A stretch of DNA of 64,000 nt from NCBI RefSeq assembly GCF_009914755.1, contig NC_060928.1; one strand, written 5' to 3'. A program made the position numbers and the translations under genes. Positions 18,246 through 31,008 of this stretch are shown here, piece by piece (the first letter of the stretch is position 1; each line of letters starts with the position of its first letter). Source of the DNA: the human T2T-CHM13v2.0 reference genome, Homo sapiens. The notes beneath the pieces were generated by a model. The model searched no databases, was not told the origin of the DNA, and saw only the letters and a program-made list of their open reading frames with translations.

Positions 18246-19296
18246 ATAATGTATTTTTGGATATTAGATAGGTATAAAATGTTGTCTCAGTCCTGGTGAT
18301 AAAATTTATTGATGGCTTATTAAATTTCAAACGTGTCTTTAGAACTTTATTCGAATTATTTCATTCAACTCTCACAACTAGAGTGGAGGTAGAGACGATA
18401 GTCTTTTTTGAAAACAAATAAACAAATACTTTCACTTTGAGCAACACAACATTTCCCTTTAAGAGAAGGAAATAAATCTAGAAATGTGCAGTGACTTGGC
18501 TAATACCATGGTCAGGGACTGCTGTGGCCTATATTCTCTAACTTCAGTGTGTTCCCCTATTGTGCAAGACTAGATCCCATCTCCCAGTCCTCCTTTGCTT
18601 CCCACAGCGGGACCTACCAGGTATCTACAGTGTAAACTGTAGCACTCTCAGGAAGATAGCCAGAGCTGAGGCATTTCTGTGACCTAGTGCATTAAAGAAG
18701 CCCAACATTTGTATTGTTTTAAGGCAATAGCAATGCACATCTATCTTTCTAATGAATGACTAAAAGATTACAGAAGAGTTTAATATATTAAACTTAGAGC
18801 AGCTTCTGTTTGTTGTTTATTTTCATATAAACCTTTCCTTTGATAGCTGCTACATTCTTTAAAAATGTTGAAATTGTGGCTTTTGAGAGTTTGGACTAGG
18901 GAAATATAAAATTAATGTTTCTTAGGCTGGTATGAACAACTGGAACTTTTTCTTCATGATGTAATAAGTGAGTGTTGATAAATGGATTTTCTGAAATGTT
19001 CAGGATTTAATGCCTAGTAATTGTATGAATGTGGCAGTTTTGGTATCTGGGCTCCAGAAATAAGTAAAAAATCTGAGGGAATTATGCTGAGTTATAGAAG
19101 CATATGGGTTCCCAAGAAAAAAATGTGTGCTGACAAACTGAATCGGGGAAATAATTGTTACTTCATGATCAGCAGCAACTCCCTACTTATGTGATTAACT
19201 CCATGAGTAAATGTGAACTCAGTTGCAATTATGTGTAAACATCCTGGACTTTTATCAGCCCGACTTTGTATACCTGAGTGTTACCATCTTTTAGGG

Positions 19297-20629
19297 TGTT
19301 GACAGAAAAAAAAAAGAGAGAGAAAACTCTGTAAAATATTTTAAAAGGTTTATTCTGAGACAATACTAGCAACTATGGTTTAGGGAACAGTCTCAAGAGG
19401 TCCCAAAAAAGTGTGCCCAAGGAGATTGAATTATAGTTTGGTTTTATAGATTTTAGGGAGACAGGAATTGCAGGTAAAATCATAAATCAATCAATACAGG
19501 GAAAGTGTACATTGTTTTAGCTGAAAATGTCATGAATGGATTCAAAGATTTTCTTTGGCAATTGGTTGAAAGAATTAGGTTTTGACTAAAGATCTGAAGT
19601 CAGTAGAATGAAATGTTTGAGTTAAAATAAGGGGGCTTTATAGCAGCATGATTTATAATCCTTTGAGTATATACCCAGTAATGGGATGGCTGGGTCAAAT
19701 GGTATTTCTAGTTCTAGATCCCTGAGGAATCACCACACTGATTTCCACAATGGTTGAACTAGTTTACAGTCCCACCAACAGTGTAAAATTGTTCCTATTT
19801 CTCCACATGCTCTCCAGCACCTGTTGTTTCCTGACTTTTTAATGATCACCATTCTAACTGGTGTGAGATGGTATCTCACTCATAGGTGGGAATTCAACAA
19901 TGAGTTCAGTGGGGGGAGGGGGGTGGGATAGCATTAGGAGATATACCTAATGTTAAATGACAAGTTAATGGGTGCTGCACACCAACATGGCACATGTATA
20001 CATATGTAACAAACCTGCACGTTGTGCACATGTACCCTAAAACTTAAAGTATAATAAAAATAAAAAATAAAAAATAAATTGCAGATGAAATCAGAAAAAA
20101 AAAATAAGGGGGCTTATGGAGATGAAGTAGGTTCTTTTCATGTAAATGAAGCTTCCAAGTAACCATTTCAGACCTTAAAAGCTGGTTAATCTCTCCTAGA
20201 TCTGGGAAGATCTCCTAGACAGGCCTGCATTAGTGGAGATTCTCTACAGATGCGAATTTCCCCCCCAAAAGATGGCTTTTCAGGGGTATTTCAAAATATG
20301 TCAAAGAAATATATTTGGGGTGAAATATTTTGATTTCCTTAAGGTCTGCTTTCTGGCATGGGATGCTATACCACAGTCAGGTTTGAATTTAGTATCTTTA
20401 TTGCCACGAAGAATCAGTTTATTCAGTCTTATCTCTATTTTAATGTCAGTGCTAGGCAGTTGCGCCTAAACTCCAAAAGGGAGGGAGTGTAATGACATGT
20501 GTCCAACCTCCGATCCTGTCATGGCTGGAAAGTCAGTTCTTCTGGATTCTCTGGAATCCCCTTGGCCAAGAGGTAGTCCATTCAATTTGTTGCTGTGGGG
20601 ACATTTTAGGATTTTATTTTTGGTGTACA
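19297..20629 (-). mobile_element. MER4-group ERV1 solo LTR interrupted by an L1 insertion
   Basis: GGTTTATTCTGAG...GTGTGCCCAAGG...TTTTAGGGAGACAG...CAAAATATGTCAAAGAAATATATTT...TTTTATTTTTGGTGTACA; LTR sequence is continuous across the L1 TSD. Confidence 0.8.
19639..20100 (+). mobile_element. 5'-truncated, 5'-inverted L1PA3/4-like insertion with short 3' transduction
   Basis: Perfect 15-bp TSD AAAATAAGGGGGCTT (19624-19638, 20101-20115); antisense ORF2 segment 19639-19878 joined via TCTCA microhomology to sense 3'UTR; A-rich tail. Confidence 0.95.
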
Positions 20630-21004
20630 TTCACCTTGTCTACATAATGCTGAACAATTGGTCAGTTCAATTATTATTTTTGCTTTGACAAGTCACCAGC
20701 TGTCTCTGAGAACTTCCAAGGTTACTCATCAAAGTTTAGGTTTATCATCAACATTTGCATAAACTGCCAGCCATGGATTCTTAACATAAAAATAAAAGAC
20801 ATTTAGGTGCAAAACACTTTTAAGAGCACTTTACATGTAACCTTTTTTATGACAATGTAATGAGATGGGCTTTATTATTATCCCCATTTTACAAAGGGAG
20901 ACTATGAAGGATGTTAAGAAACTTGCTCACCTTCAAACATTTTATATGTAGCAGAGTTGGTGCAAGGTGATTTGACTCCTAACTTGTGCGACTAAATATC
21001 GTTC

Positions 21005-21770
21005 AATAGGGTGTAAAAATAGGCAAGCTGCAATAACAAGCAATCCCAAATGTGCAGTGGCTAAACTGAGCCTAAGTTTATTTTTTAATCCCATCACAGG
21101 TTGGTGAGAGAGCTGCAATCTGTAAAGGCTCTCAGAGATCAAGGATGATGGGTGCTGTGCAATCATGTATTGTGCCATCTGGAACACAAGGTCTCCTCCA
21201 TTACCTGAGGTGCAGAGGAAGAGACTGCTAGAGTTCTGCTTTAGTTCTTTTATACTTAGATTGCCAAATGGCACACATTACTTCCATGCAGTCCTGCTGG
21301 CTAAAATTGGTCAATGTCCCTGTGTAACTGCAGTGGGGCTGGGAAATGTGTAGGAATAGGCAGAATATTTAAAAAGTGTTGTGAACTGGATTCTGTCCTC
21401 TCAAAATTCATTTGTTCCCACACTAATCCATAATATGACCCTACTTGGAGAGAATGACTTTAAGGAAGTATACTTAAGGTTAAAAATAAGGTCAAAAGGG
21501 TAGATAAGCCTGATGCCCTTATAAGAAGAGGAAGAGACAGCCAATCTCTCTCTTTCTCTTTCATGTGAGGACACAGGGAGCAGGTGGCTATCTGCAAACC
21601 CGGAAGAGAGCCCTCACCAGGAACTGAATTGACTGGTAACTTGATCATGGACTTCTAGCCTGCAGAACTCTAAGAAAATAAATGTTTGTTGTTTAGGCTA
21701 CCCAGTTTGTGGTATTTTGTTATGGCAGCCTGAGCAGACTGTTACAGATATCACCACTGTCTCTGTCAAA
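21005..21770 (-). mobile_element. Old MLT1 (J/K-like) LTR hosting a nested MLT1A
   Basis: GCTGCAATAACAAGCAATCCCAAATGTGCAGTGGCT...AACTGCAGTGGGGCTGGGAAATGTG; resumes after 21746. Confidence 0.55.
21377..21746 (+). mobile_element. MLT1A-type MaLR solo LTR
   Basis: TG...CCCTTATAAGAAGAGGAAGAGAC...GAGAGCCCTCACCAG...AATAAATGTTTGTTG...GGTATTTTGTTATGGCAGCC...TACA. Confidence 0.85.
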
Positions 21771-21878
21771 AATATATGATACATATTTCAAGGAGTTGTT
21801 GGGAGAATTAAGCTGAGTGATGTAAAAGAGGACTTTATTTAATTACTAAAAAAAAAAAAAAAAAAAAGGAGCTAAAAG

Positions 21879-22017
21879 GCCAAGCCCAGTAGTGCATGCC
21901 TTCAATTCCAGGTACTCAGGAGGCTGAAGTGTGAGGGTTACTTGAGCCTAGGAGTTGAAGTCAAGCCTGAGCAACATAGTAAGACCCCATCTCAATTAAA
22001 AAAAAAGAAAAGAAAAA
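21879..22017 (+). mobile_element. Alu monomer (FLAM-like)
   Basis: GGCC...CTCAGGAGGCTGA...CTTGAGCCTAGGAGTTGAAG...AGCCTGAGCAACATAGTAAGACCCCATCTC followed by an A tail. Confidence 0.85.
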
Positions 22018-22347
22018 TAGTGTATGCACAATAAATATCAATAATTTCAAGGCTTTCTATTTACCTTGCATAAGACCAAGACATTCTAAATTGTTGTGAT
22101 TCAGTGCTTTTACCCTTATTTTCATCTGCCCCACGGTATATACTTTCCATTGAATGGGAAAACATTTAAAAAGAAAAGGAATAGTAGATTTCATAATTGT
22201 ATAATAGTCAGATCCTGAAAGAATTACTTAAAGATCAGAATGATAATAGTTTGAATGAGAAAGGATAAATATGTTAATATAACCTCTCAGTTGCATTCAC
22301 AAATATATCTGAATATTTTAACATATCTTGATCTGATTATAGAACAT

Positions 22348-22734
22348 TGATATGGTTTGGATTTGTGTCTCCAGTCAAATCTCATATGGAATTGTAATCC
22401 CCAGTGTTGGAGGAGAGGCCCAGTGGGAGGTAATTAGATCGTGGGGAAGATTTCTCCCTTGCTGTTCTCATGATAGTGAGTGAGTTCTCACGAGATCTGG
22501 TTGTTTAAAAATGTGTAGCACCTCCCCATGCTCTCTCTTCCTCCTGCTCCAGGCATGTAGGACGTGCCTGCTTCCCCTTTAGCGTTTGCCACGATTGTCA
22601 TTTTCCTGAGGCTCCCCAGCCATGAGTCCTGTACAGCCCGTGGAATCATGAGCCAATTAAACCTAATCTCTTTTCTTTATAAATTACCCAGTCTCAGGTA
22701 GTTTCTTACAGCTATGCAAGAACAAACTAACACA
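22348..22734 (+). mobile_element. MSTA-type MaLR solo LTR
   Basis: TGATATGGTTTGG...CCAATTAAACC...TATAAATTACCCAGTCTCAGG...CA; perfect TSD AACAT (22343-22347, 22735-22739). Confidence 0.95.
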
Positions 22735-23664
22735 AACATGAAAATAAAATTGTCCCTGTGAACATTTACATATATATCCCATGTTATTAAAATGCTATGT
22801 GGCATATGTGTAATGTCCGTGTACCTTTTTTCACAAATTAGTATTTTCAACTCCAGAACATATGGTTTTTGTTCTAATTCATAATTACTAAGCAATACAT
22901 CATAGCAGTTTTTGAATTTATTTATGAATATAAATGATATCAGATGCTATTGTTTTGATGATGATCAAATACTAGAATAGTCTATGAAAGTCAGCATGAA
23001 AAGGAATTTTGTATTTGACTTTAAAACTGTATATATATATAGAGAGAGAAAGATAATTTAATTTGTAAGATCTTAACTACTTGTATTTTTATCTAGTAAA
23101 TGTTGATATGTATATTCCTTCTTCTCCCCCTTGCATTCTCCTTCCAGTTTCAAATACAGCATGTTTGATCATTGAATTTAAATGATATAATACATCTTTT
23201 TTTCAAGTAAAATAACTTCTATTCAAGTCCCCAAAAAGCTCCAAAAATTATTCAGAAACTTTTCATGTAGGTAAACGTGTGAAGTGTGTGTGTTTTTGTT
23301 TGAACTCGGAATGGTTAGTATTAGGGTGGGGGGTAAAGGGGTGGGCGGGGGTGATATTTGTAAGCTTTTTCCTTTCCCATTGTAGTAGTCAGGGTTTTCC
23401 AGAGAAACAAAACAAAACAGGTTTCTCCAGTTGTTCCAGGAGAAACAACGGCCTTTAGGGCTTAAAAAAAATTATAACCACAATGCCATTAGCATACCTA
23501 CAAATTTGATAAATTATTGACAGTGTAAAATAATTGTTACTCATATTTTTCCAATCATATTTTAGCAGTTTGTTTGATAAAAGCCCACATAAATCCATAC
23601 GTTGTTATTGGTTGAAATTTCCAGAAGTGTCTTATACGTTTTCCCACCATTTATTCTTTCCCTT

Positions 23665-24226
23665 GAGAAGCCTCCATAAAAAACCCAAGAGGAAAGAGTT
23701 CAGAAAGCTCCCGGATAGCTAAACACTTGGAGGTTCCTGGAAGGTGGTAAGCCAGCAGAAGACATGGAAACTCCCTGACTCTTCCCTCCATGCCTTCTCC
23801 TACGCATCTCTTCATCTGCAGCCTTTGTAACATCTTTTGTAATAAACTGGTAATCATAAGAAAGTGTTTCCCTGAGTTCTGTGAGCCACCCCAGCAAATT
23901 GGTTGACCCTAAAATGGGGGTTGTGGGAAACCTAATTTGAAGATGGTCAGTTAGAATTTCCAGAGGCCCAGACTTTTGACTAGTGTCTTAAGATGAAGTG
24001 ACAGTCTTGGGAACTGTGCACTCAACCTATGGGATCTGACACTATTTTCAGGTCTATGGTGTCAGAATTGAATTAGACGACACCCAGTTGGTGTCTGTTG
24101 CAGAATCCATTGCTTGCTTGCTGGGAAATAGAAATCCCCATATTTTGGGGTCAGCGAAGTCTTCTCTGTTGATTGTTGTGTTGGTGTGAGAGCAGAGAAA
24201 AACATGGTTTGTCAGTTTTTCTGAAA
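23665..24226 (+). mobile_element. MER21-type LTR (3' part)
   Basis: CCATAAAAACCC...GGAGGTTCCTGG...AATAAACTGG...GTGTTTCCCTGAGTTCTGTGAGCC...GGGATCTGACACTA...GTGTCAGAATTGAATT. Confidence 0.8.
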
Positions 24227-24638
24227 TGGGGTATCATTTAAAAAGCTCTTGCTTCTCTTGTATTTTTGCAAATTGGTTATTAGATTTAGGATCTTGATCA
24301 AACAGAGGTTCTTTTTTTCTTTCTTGCAAGCCTAATTCACAGGAGGTATTGTATACTTCCTTCAGGGTGTACATAAAACCTGATGGCCTTTTTTGTGATG
24401 TTTGCTGTCTATTATCTCTTGTTTTTATTAGGTGCTGTGAATAGCTAATATTCCAATTCTTTTGTTATTTCTTTGTTTATTAGTGGAATGCTACTATAAA
24501 GAGGAACTTGTCTTCATTAACAATTTGCTGCCCTTAGGCAGACATGTCAAAAAAGCAGAAAAAAGTGCTTTAGTCTTTACCTTTATGTAACTTTTCTTAA
24601 AATAAGTTTGTTTCCTAGTATCTTTTAAATATTTTTCA

Positions 24639-24971
<333 letters not shown>

Positions 24972-25200
24972 TCATGGATCTAAACATATTTCATATATTT
25001 TAATTCAAATTGCAGTTATTGTCCTTTATTAATGCTAAAATTTTGTCACCTTTGGCCACTGGATCTAGGTGTGCTAGGTGTGCTCCTGTATCTGTTTTAG
25101 ACATAATCTTATCAGTCTTTGACGCTCTTTGCTTATATGGCAGCATCTCCCAGGCTCCTATTATACATTTCCTGCTCTATATAGTAAATTCTTATACTTT

Positions 25201-25998
25201 TATGTTGCCTCAGTATCCATTTTGAATACAAGTTTAACTTTCTCCTACCAGATACAGGGCTCAGTCCTCTTTGACATAGTTTCCAGTCCTGTGCCACAGC
25301 CAGAACTGGCACAGTTCAAGCTGGTGGTCAGAGATGAGAATTTAGAGGTATGTCTGCAGTGCAGCAAACTGTGCTCCCAGCTTTCCTGCCCCTCTTCCCT
25401 TAAAGAGAGCACTCTAGTATTTGTTCATGAAATTAGTGGCCCATGCCCTATTCTCTTACATATACTGCTAATTGCCACATGATTTTCTCTCTGCCCCCTA
25501 CTCAACTCTGCATTCCTGCCTAGTGTGACCTGGGAATTGAGGTCAGCCCTCTCAGCTCATTGTGTTCTTCCTGCCTAGAATCTATAAGTAAAAGTCTTTG
25601 AACTTGTTTCCTATTTTGGTGGTTTATTGAATTCGTACCTTCTGTCTGAAGAACCAAGGAGGGGCTTTCTTGGGCATTTTCTCTGGGACATGGGGATAGG
25701 TAGGGGGATACAAGGTTGAGCTCCCAGCAAAAGAGCAATGATCAGGCAGGCATAAGCTGGACGTGGGCCAGACAAGAGCTGCAGAAGTGTCTGCCAGTAA
25801 AAACAAGTTTCCTGTGTAAGGGACCTCCTGGTTGTAGGTCAGACAACTAGGCATTAGGACATCCACCAGGTTAAAAAAGTATCCCATAAAAGGCACACTG
25901 TAAACACCCACATCCAGCTTCCCTTCATTGCCACTTATGGTAGGGTTGCTAGCTACTCTGGTACTATAACACCAATTTAGCTGGGTCATCTCAAAACA
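25201..25998 (+). mobile_element. ERVL-class LTR (MER54-like)
   Basis: Ends GGGTTGCTAGCTACTCTGGTACT...CCAATTTAGCTGGG..CTCAAAACA; GC-richer block interrupting the L1MC. Confidence 0.6.
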
Positions 25999-26329
25999 CT
26001 CCCTTGACTAGAATCAGTCATTTTTCCAGGGAATCTGATTTCTATTAGCAGGAAATGTTCCATAGAGACCACAGTCTGGGTGCTTTGTGAGCACATGGCT
26101 ATTGGCTTTGTCACTGTTCCTAGGCCTTTTCAGTGGACCGAACAAGTAAATATTTATTTTTCTATTAACAACATGAGTTCATACTATTAAGAATTTCTCA
26201 GTTTTAATGTACTCTATCAGTCTTTTCTTTCGGGATTACATGTGTTTTGTTTAAAAATTCGTTTCTTACCTCAAAGTCAGAACGATATTCATCTATTGTT
26301 TTCAGTACTTTAAATGAAAAAAGTTAAAC

Positions 26330-27950
26330 ATAATACTCCACACTGACCTACATTATTTCTGAAGAAAAAAATTTCTTGTCATCTCTTTATTCATGTATAC
26401 ATAACGTGGATTTTTATTCTGGCTGTTCTTGAGATTTTCTCATTATCACTAGTTTTTAAGCAATTTCATTATCATGTACCTTCCTCATGGTCTTTGTGTT
26501 TGGAATTTAAGTTTTTTGGATATGTGGGTTTACAGTTTTCATCAGAATTGTGATTTTTTTTGGTCATAATTTCTTCAGAAACTTTATCTGACCCCTCCTT
26601 CCTCTCATCTACTCCAAAAATCCTAAATAGATGCACATTAGACTGCTCAAAGTTGTTCCACACTCATTGTAGTTCTGTTGAAGGTTTTAAGTCATTTTTT
26701 CTGTATTTTATTTTGTACAGTTTCTATCATTTTGTCTTTGCTTTCACTATTTTCTTTTCTTCTGCAATGTTTAATCTGTTGTTAATCTCATCCAGTGTAT
26801 TTTTTTCTCACATATTTTGAAGTTTTCATCTGTAGAATTGTTATTTGGGTCTTTTTTATATATATTTGTTATCACTAATTAGCTTTTTGAGCACATGGAA
26901 TATAATTAAAAATAGTTGTTTTAATGTAATTGTCTACTAATTCTAAGTTTGTATAAGTTTTGATGGATTTTTCTTTTCTTCTCATTATAGGTCATATTTT
27001 CCTGCCTCTTTGCTTATTTGGTAATTTTTATTGGGTGCAATACATTGAGAATTTTGCCATATTGGGTACTAGATATTTTGGTATTCCTGCAAATCTTCTT
27101 GAGCTTTGTTCTGACATAAAGTTTGCAAACGGTTTGATCCTTTTAGATTTTGCTTTTAATATTATATGCATTTATATATTTATATTTATATTTGTAAATT
27201 ATATATTGACATTTATATTATATTTGTATTTTTATATATTACTAGAAAATATATGCATATGTTTATATTATATATATTATATAATATATATTTTGTATAT
27301 ATAAATATATATATATTTTTTTCTTTTATATGGGATCAGAGCAGTCCTCAATCTAGGGGTAATTATTCCCCACCGTTGAGAAAATTTCTTCCATGTACTG
27401 TATCCAGTGCTTTACAAAGCACTCTGTTTTCCAGCCTGGTTGGAATTGGGTACTATTCCCTTTTTTGCTTGAGGGCTGGTAACTGTTACTTTATATCTAG
27501 CCCTCTCTGGTGATTCCTTCCTGGCCCTTGGTTAGTTTCCTTATACACAAGCACTGACTATTCCTCTGCAGAAAGCTTGAAGTGTTTCCTTTGCTGATAT
27601 CTGGGATGCTCTCTATTGCTCTTTCCTCTCTAATACTCTCCTGTGAACTCCAGCTACCCTATTCTCTCCAGACTCAGCTCCCTCTTCTCAATTCAATGGG
27701 CTCTACTTCTGTTTCTCCTCTCTGTGCCACGACTTGGAAACTCTATCAAGTCAGAAAGCTGAGGAAATTGTTGTGCTCACTCATTCCCCCTCTCCCATCT
27801 CTCAGGGATCATTATCTTTCATTGCCTGATATCTAATGTCTAAAGAGTCATTGTTTCACATATTTTGCCCTTATTATAGTTGTTCTGGGGAGGGTGGCAG
27901 GGTGGTAAGCGTGGTCCCTGTTTCTTCAACTTGGTCCAAAGTGGAAACAT
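26330..27950 (-). mobile_element. Ancient L1M 5' region / ORF1 remnant, with AT-rich tract at 27160-27320
   Basis: ORF 26472-26663 (WNNFEQSNVHLFRI...KVSEEIMTKK) resembles L1 ORF1 WDxxKRxNxxxxGVPE...IFEEIMxEN. Confidence 0.7.
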
Positions 27951-28129
27951 CCTTTGTATTTTACTTGTTTTACTTAAATATTTAAGATATTTGTTCTTGA
28001 TGTTTAAGATAATTAGATTAAATTTCAGTTATTTTCCATGTGAATTACCAATGGTTCCACCTCCATTTTTATATAGTCATTCCATTCCCTGATAATATGT
28101 CTTGACACAAAATGTATAAGTTGCTCTAA

Positions 28130-28620
28130 TAAATGTAAAAGGTAAAATTTTTATGCCTGAGATCTCACTAAATACATAGTCATGAAAAACCCATGCATAT
28201 CTGCACCAAGAGATAATTACAATGATTTTTATAGAGGAACTCTTCATAATACCAAAAATCTCAAATGCCTATCTATAGGTGATTAGATGAGTGCATTGTG
28301 ATGTATTCTGAACATGGAAATTGATGCAATAGTTGAAAATGAACAAACCTTGAGTATGTGCATAGCATGGTTAAATCTTGGTACCGTAATGTTGAATGCT
28401 TTAAATTCAAATCTTAGAACATTATCAAGCTTAATGTTCTTCAAGAAAACTCAAATAGAAACTAAACCACTCTGACACACCCATGCATGTAAATGTGCCT
28501 ATGAATATATAATGTTTATTAAAATTCAGAATAGCAGCTATTTCTGGTTGTTGATACAAGGACAGGATAGAAGAAAAACGTGAAACAAAAGGGTGCATAT
28601 ATTTCTGGTTCTTGGATTTG
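28130..28620 (+). mobile_element. L1ME-like 3' remnant
   Basis: CTCTTCATAATACCAAAAA..CAAATGCCTATC...ATGGAAA...AAAATGAAC motifs. Confidence 0.55.
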
Positions 28621-28729
28621 GTACTAAATGTTCATTAGATTCTTAAAAATACATATAGAAGTAAATAGAATAAAAAAGGGCCAGATTTATATCTGTACTT
28701 ACAGTGTGTCATAAATGATGTTTAGTAAT

Positions 28730-31008
28730 TGTATCAGTCCATTTTCATGCTGCTGATAAAGACAAACCCAGAGACTGGGAAGAAAAAGAGGTTTAATGGA
28801 CTTACTGTTCCACATGGCTGGGGAGGCCTCACAATCATGGTGGAAGGCAAGGAGGAGCAAGTCACATCTTACATGGGTGGCTGCAAGCAAAGAGAGAGAG
28901 CTTGTGTAGGGAAACTCCCCCTTATAAAACCATCAGGTCTCATGAGACTTATTCACTACTATGAGAACAGCATGGGAAAGACCTGCCCCCATGATTCAAT
29001 TATATCCTACTGGGTCCCTCCCACAATGCATGGGAATTCAAGATGAGATTTGGGTGGGGACACAGCCAAACTATATCGTTCCACTCCAGCCCCTCCCAGA
29101 TCTCATGTCCTCACATTTTAAAACCAATCATGCCTTCCCAACAGTACCCCAAAGTCTTAATTAATTTCAGTATTAACTCAAAAGTCCAGAGTCCAAAGTC
29201 TCATTTGAGACAAGGCAATTCCCTTCTGCCTATGAGCCTGTAAAATTAAAAGCAGGTTAGTTACTTCCTACATACAATGGGGGTACAGGCATTGGGTAAA
29301 TATAGCCATTCCAAATGAGAGAAATTGGCCAAAACAAAGGGGTTACAGGCCCCATGCAAGTCTGGAATCCAGCAGGGCAGTCAAATCTTAAAACACCAAA
29401 ATAATTTCCTTTGACTCCATGTCTCGCATCCAGGTCACACTGATGCAAGAGGTAGGCTCCCATGGCCTTTGGGCAGCTTTGCCACTGTGGCTTTGCAAGG
29501 TATAATCTCCCTGTTGGCTGCTTTCATAAACTAGCATTGAGTGTCTGTGGCTTTTCCCAGGTACACAGTGCAAGCTGTTGGTGAATCTACCATTCTGGGT
29601 TCTGGAGGACAGTGGCCCTCTTCTCAAAGCTCCAGTAGGTGGTGCCCCAGTAGGGATTCTGCATGGGGGCTCTGATCCCACGTTTCTCTACTGCACTGCC
29701 CTAACAGAGGTTCTCCATGAAGGCCCTACCCCTGCAGCAAACTTTTGCTTGGACATCCATGTGTTTCCATATATCCTCTGAAATCTAGGCAGAGGTTACC
29801 AAACCTCAATTCTTGATTTCCTTGCACCTGTAGCCTCAACATCATGTAGAAGATTCCAAGCCTTGGGGCTTCCATCCTCTGAAACAACAGCTTGAGCAGT
29901 AGCTTGTCCCCTTTTCTTTGTGGCTGGAGTGGTTGGGATGCAGAGCACCAAATCCCTAGACTGCACACAGCAGAGGGAGCCTGGGCCTGGCCCACACAAC
30001 CGTTTTCTCTTCCTAAACCTCGCAGCCAGTAATGGGAGGTTTAGGCTGCAAAGGTATCTGGCATGCCCTGGAGACATTTTCCTCATTGTTTTGGGGATTA
30101 CCATTGGCTCCTCATTACTTATGCAAATTTCTGCAGTTGGCATGAATTTCTCCTCAGAAAATGGGATTTTCTTTTCTATGATATTGTCAAGCTGCACATT
30201 TTCTGAACTTTTATGCTGTTTCCCTTTTAAAACTGAATGCTTTTAACAGCACCCAAGTCAACTCTTTAATGCTTTACTGCTTAAAATGTTCTTCCACCAG
30301 ATACCCTAAATCATCTCTCTCAAGTTCAAAGTTCCACAAATCTCCAAGGCAGGGTCAAAATGCCACCAGTCTCTTTGCTAAAACATAACAAGAATCACCT
30401 TTGCTCCAGTTCCCAACAAATTCCTCATCTCCATCTGAGTCCACCTCAGCCTGGATTTCATTGTCCATATCATTATCAGCATTTTGGTCAAAGCCATTCG
30501 ACAAGTCTCTAGGGAGTTCCACACTTTCCCACATTTTTCTGTCTTCATCTGAGGCCTCCAAACTGATGCAACCTCTGCCTTTTACTCAGTTCCAAAGTTG
30601 CTTCCACATTTTTGGGTATCTTTTCAGCAGCGCCCCACTCTACTAGTACCATTTTATTGTATTAGTCCATTTTCATGCTGCTGATAAAGACATGCCTGAG
30701 ACTGGGCAATTTACAAAAGAAAGTTTAATGGACTTACAGTTCTACCTGGCTGAGGAGGCCTCACGATCATGGTGGTAGGCAAGGAGGAGCAAGTCACATC
30801 TTACATGGATGGTGGCAGGCAAATAAGGAGCTTGTGTAGGGAAACTCCCCTTTATAAAACTATCAAATCTTGTGAATCTTATTCACTGTCATGATAACAG
30901 CATGGGAAAGACCTGTCCCCATGATTCGATTACCTCCCATCTTGTCGCTTCCACAACAGGTGGAAATTCAAGATGAGATTTGGATGGGGACACAGCCAAA
31001 CTATATCA
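28730..31008 (-). mobile_element. Complete THE1 (MaLR) element: 3'LTR 28730-29078, internal 29079-30657, 5'LTR 30658-31008
   Basis: Two LTRs TGTATYAGTCCATTTTCATGCTGCTGATAAAGAC...CAGCCAAACTATATCR; polypurine tract next to the left LTR; perfect TSD GTAAT (28725-28729, 31009-31013). Confidence 0.97.

Noticed and set aside
26960-27513. Hydrophobic Ile/Tyr-rich ORFs
   Set aside because: Produced by the AT-rich low-complexity tract inside an old L1M.
28699-30646. Dense cluster of ORFs
   Set aside because: All lie within the THE1 element; fragmented MaLR sequence, not host genes.
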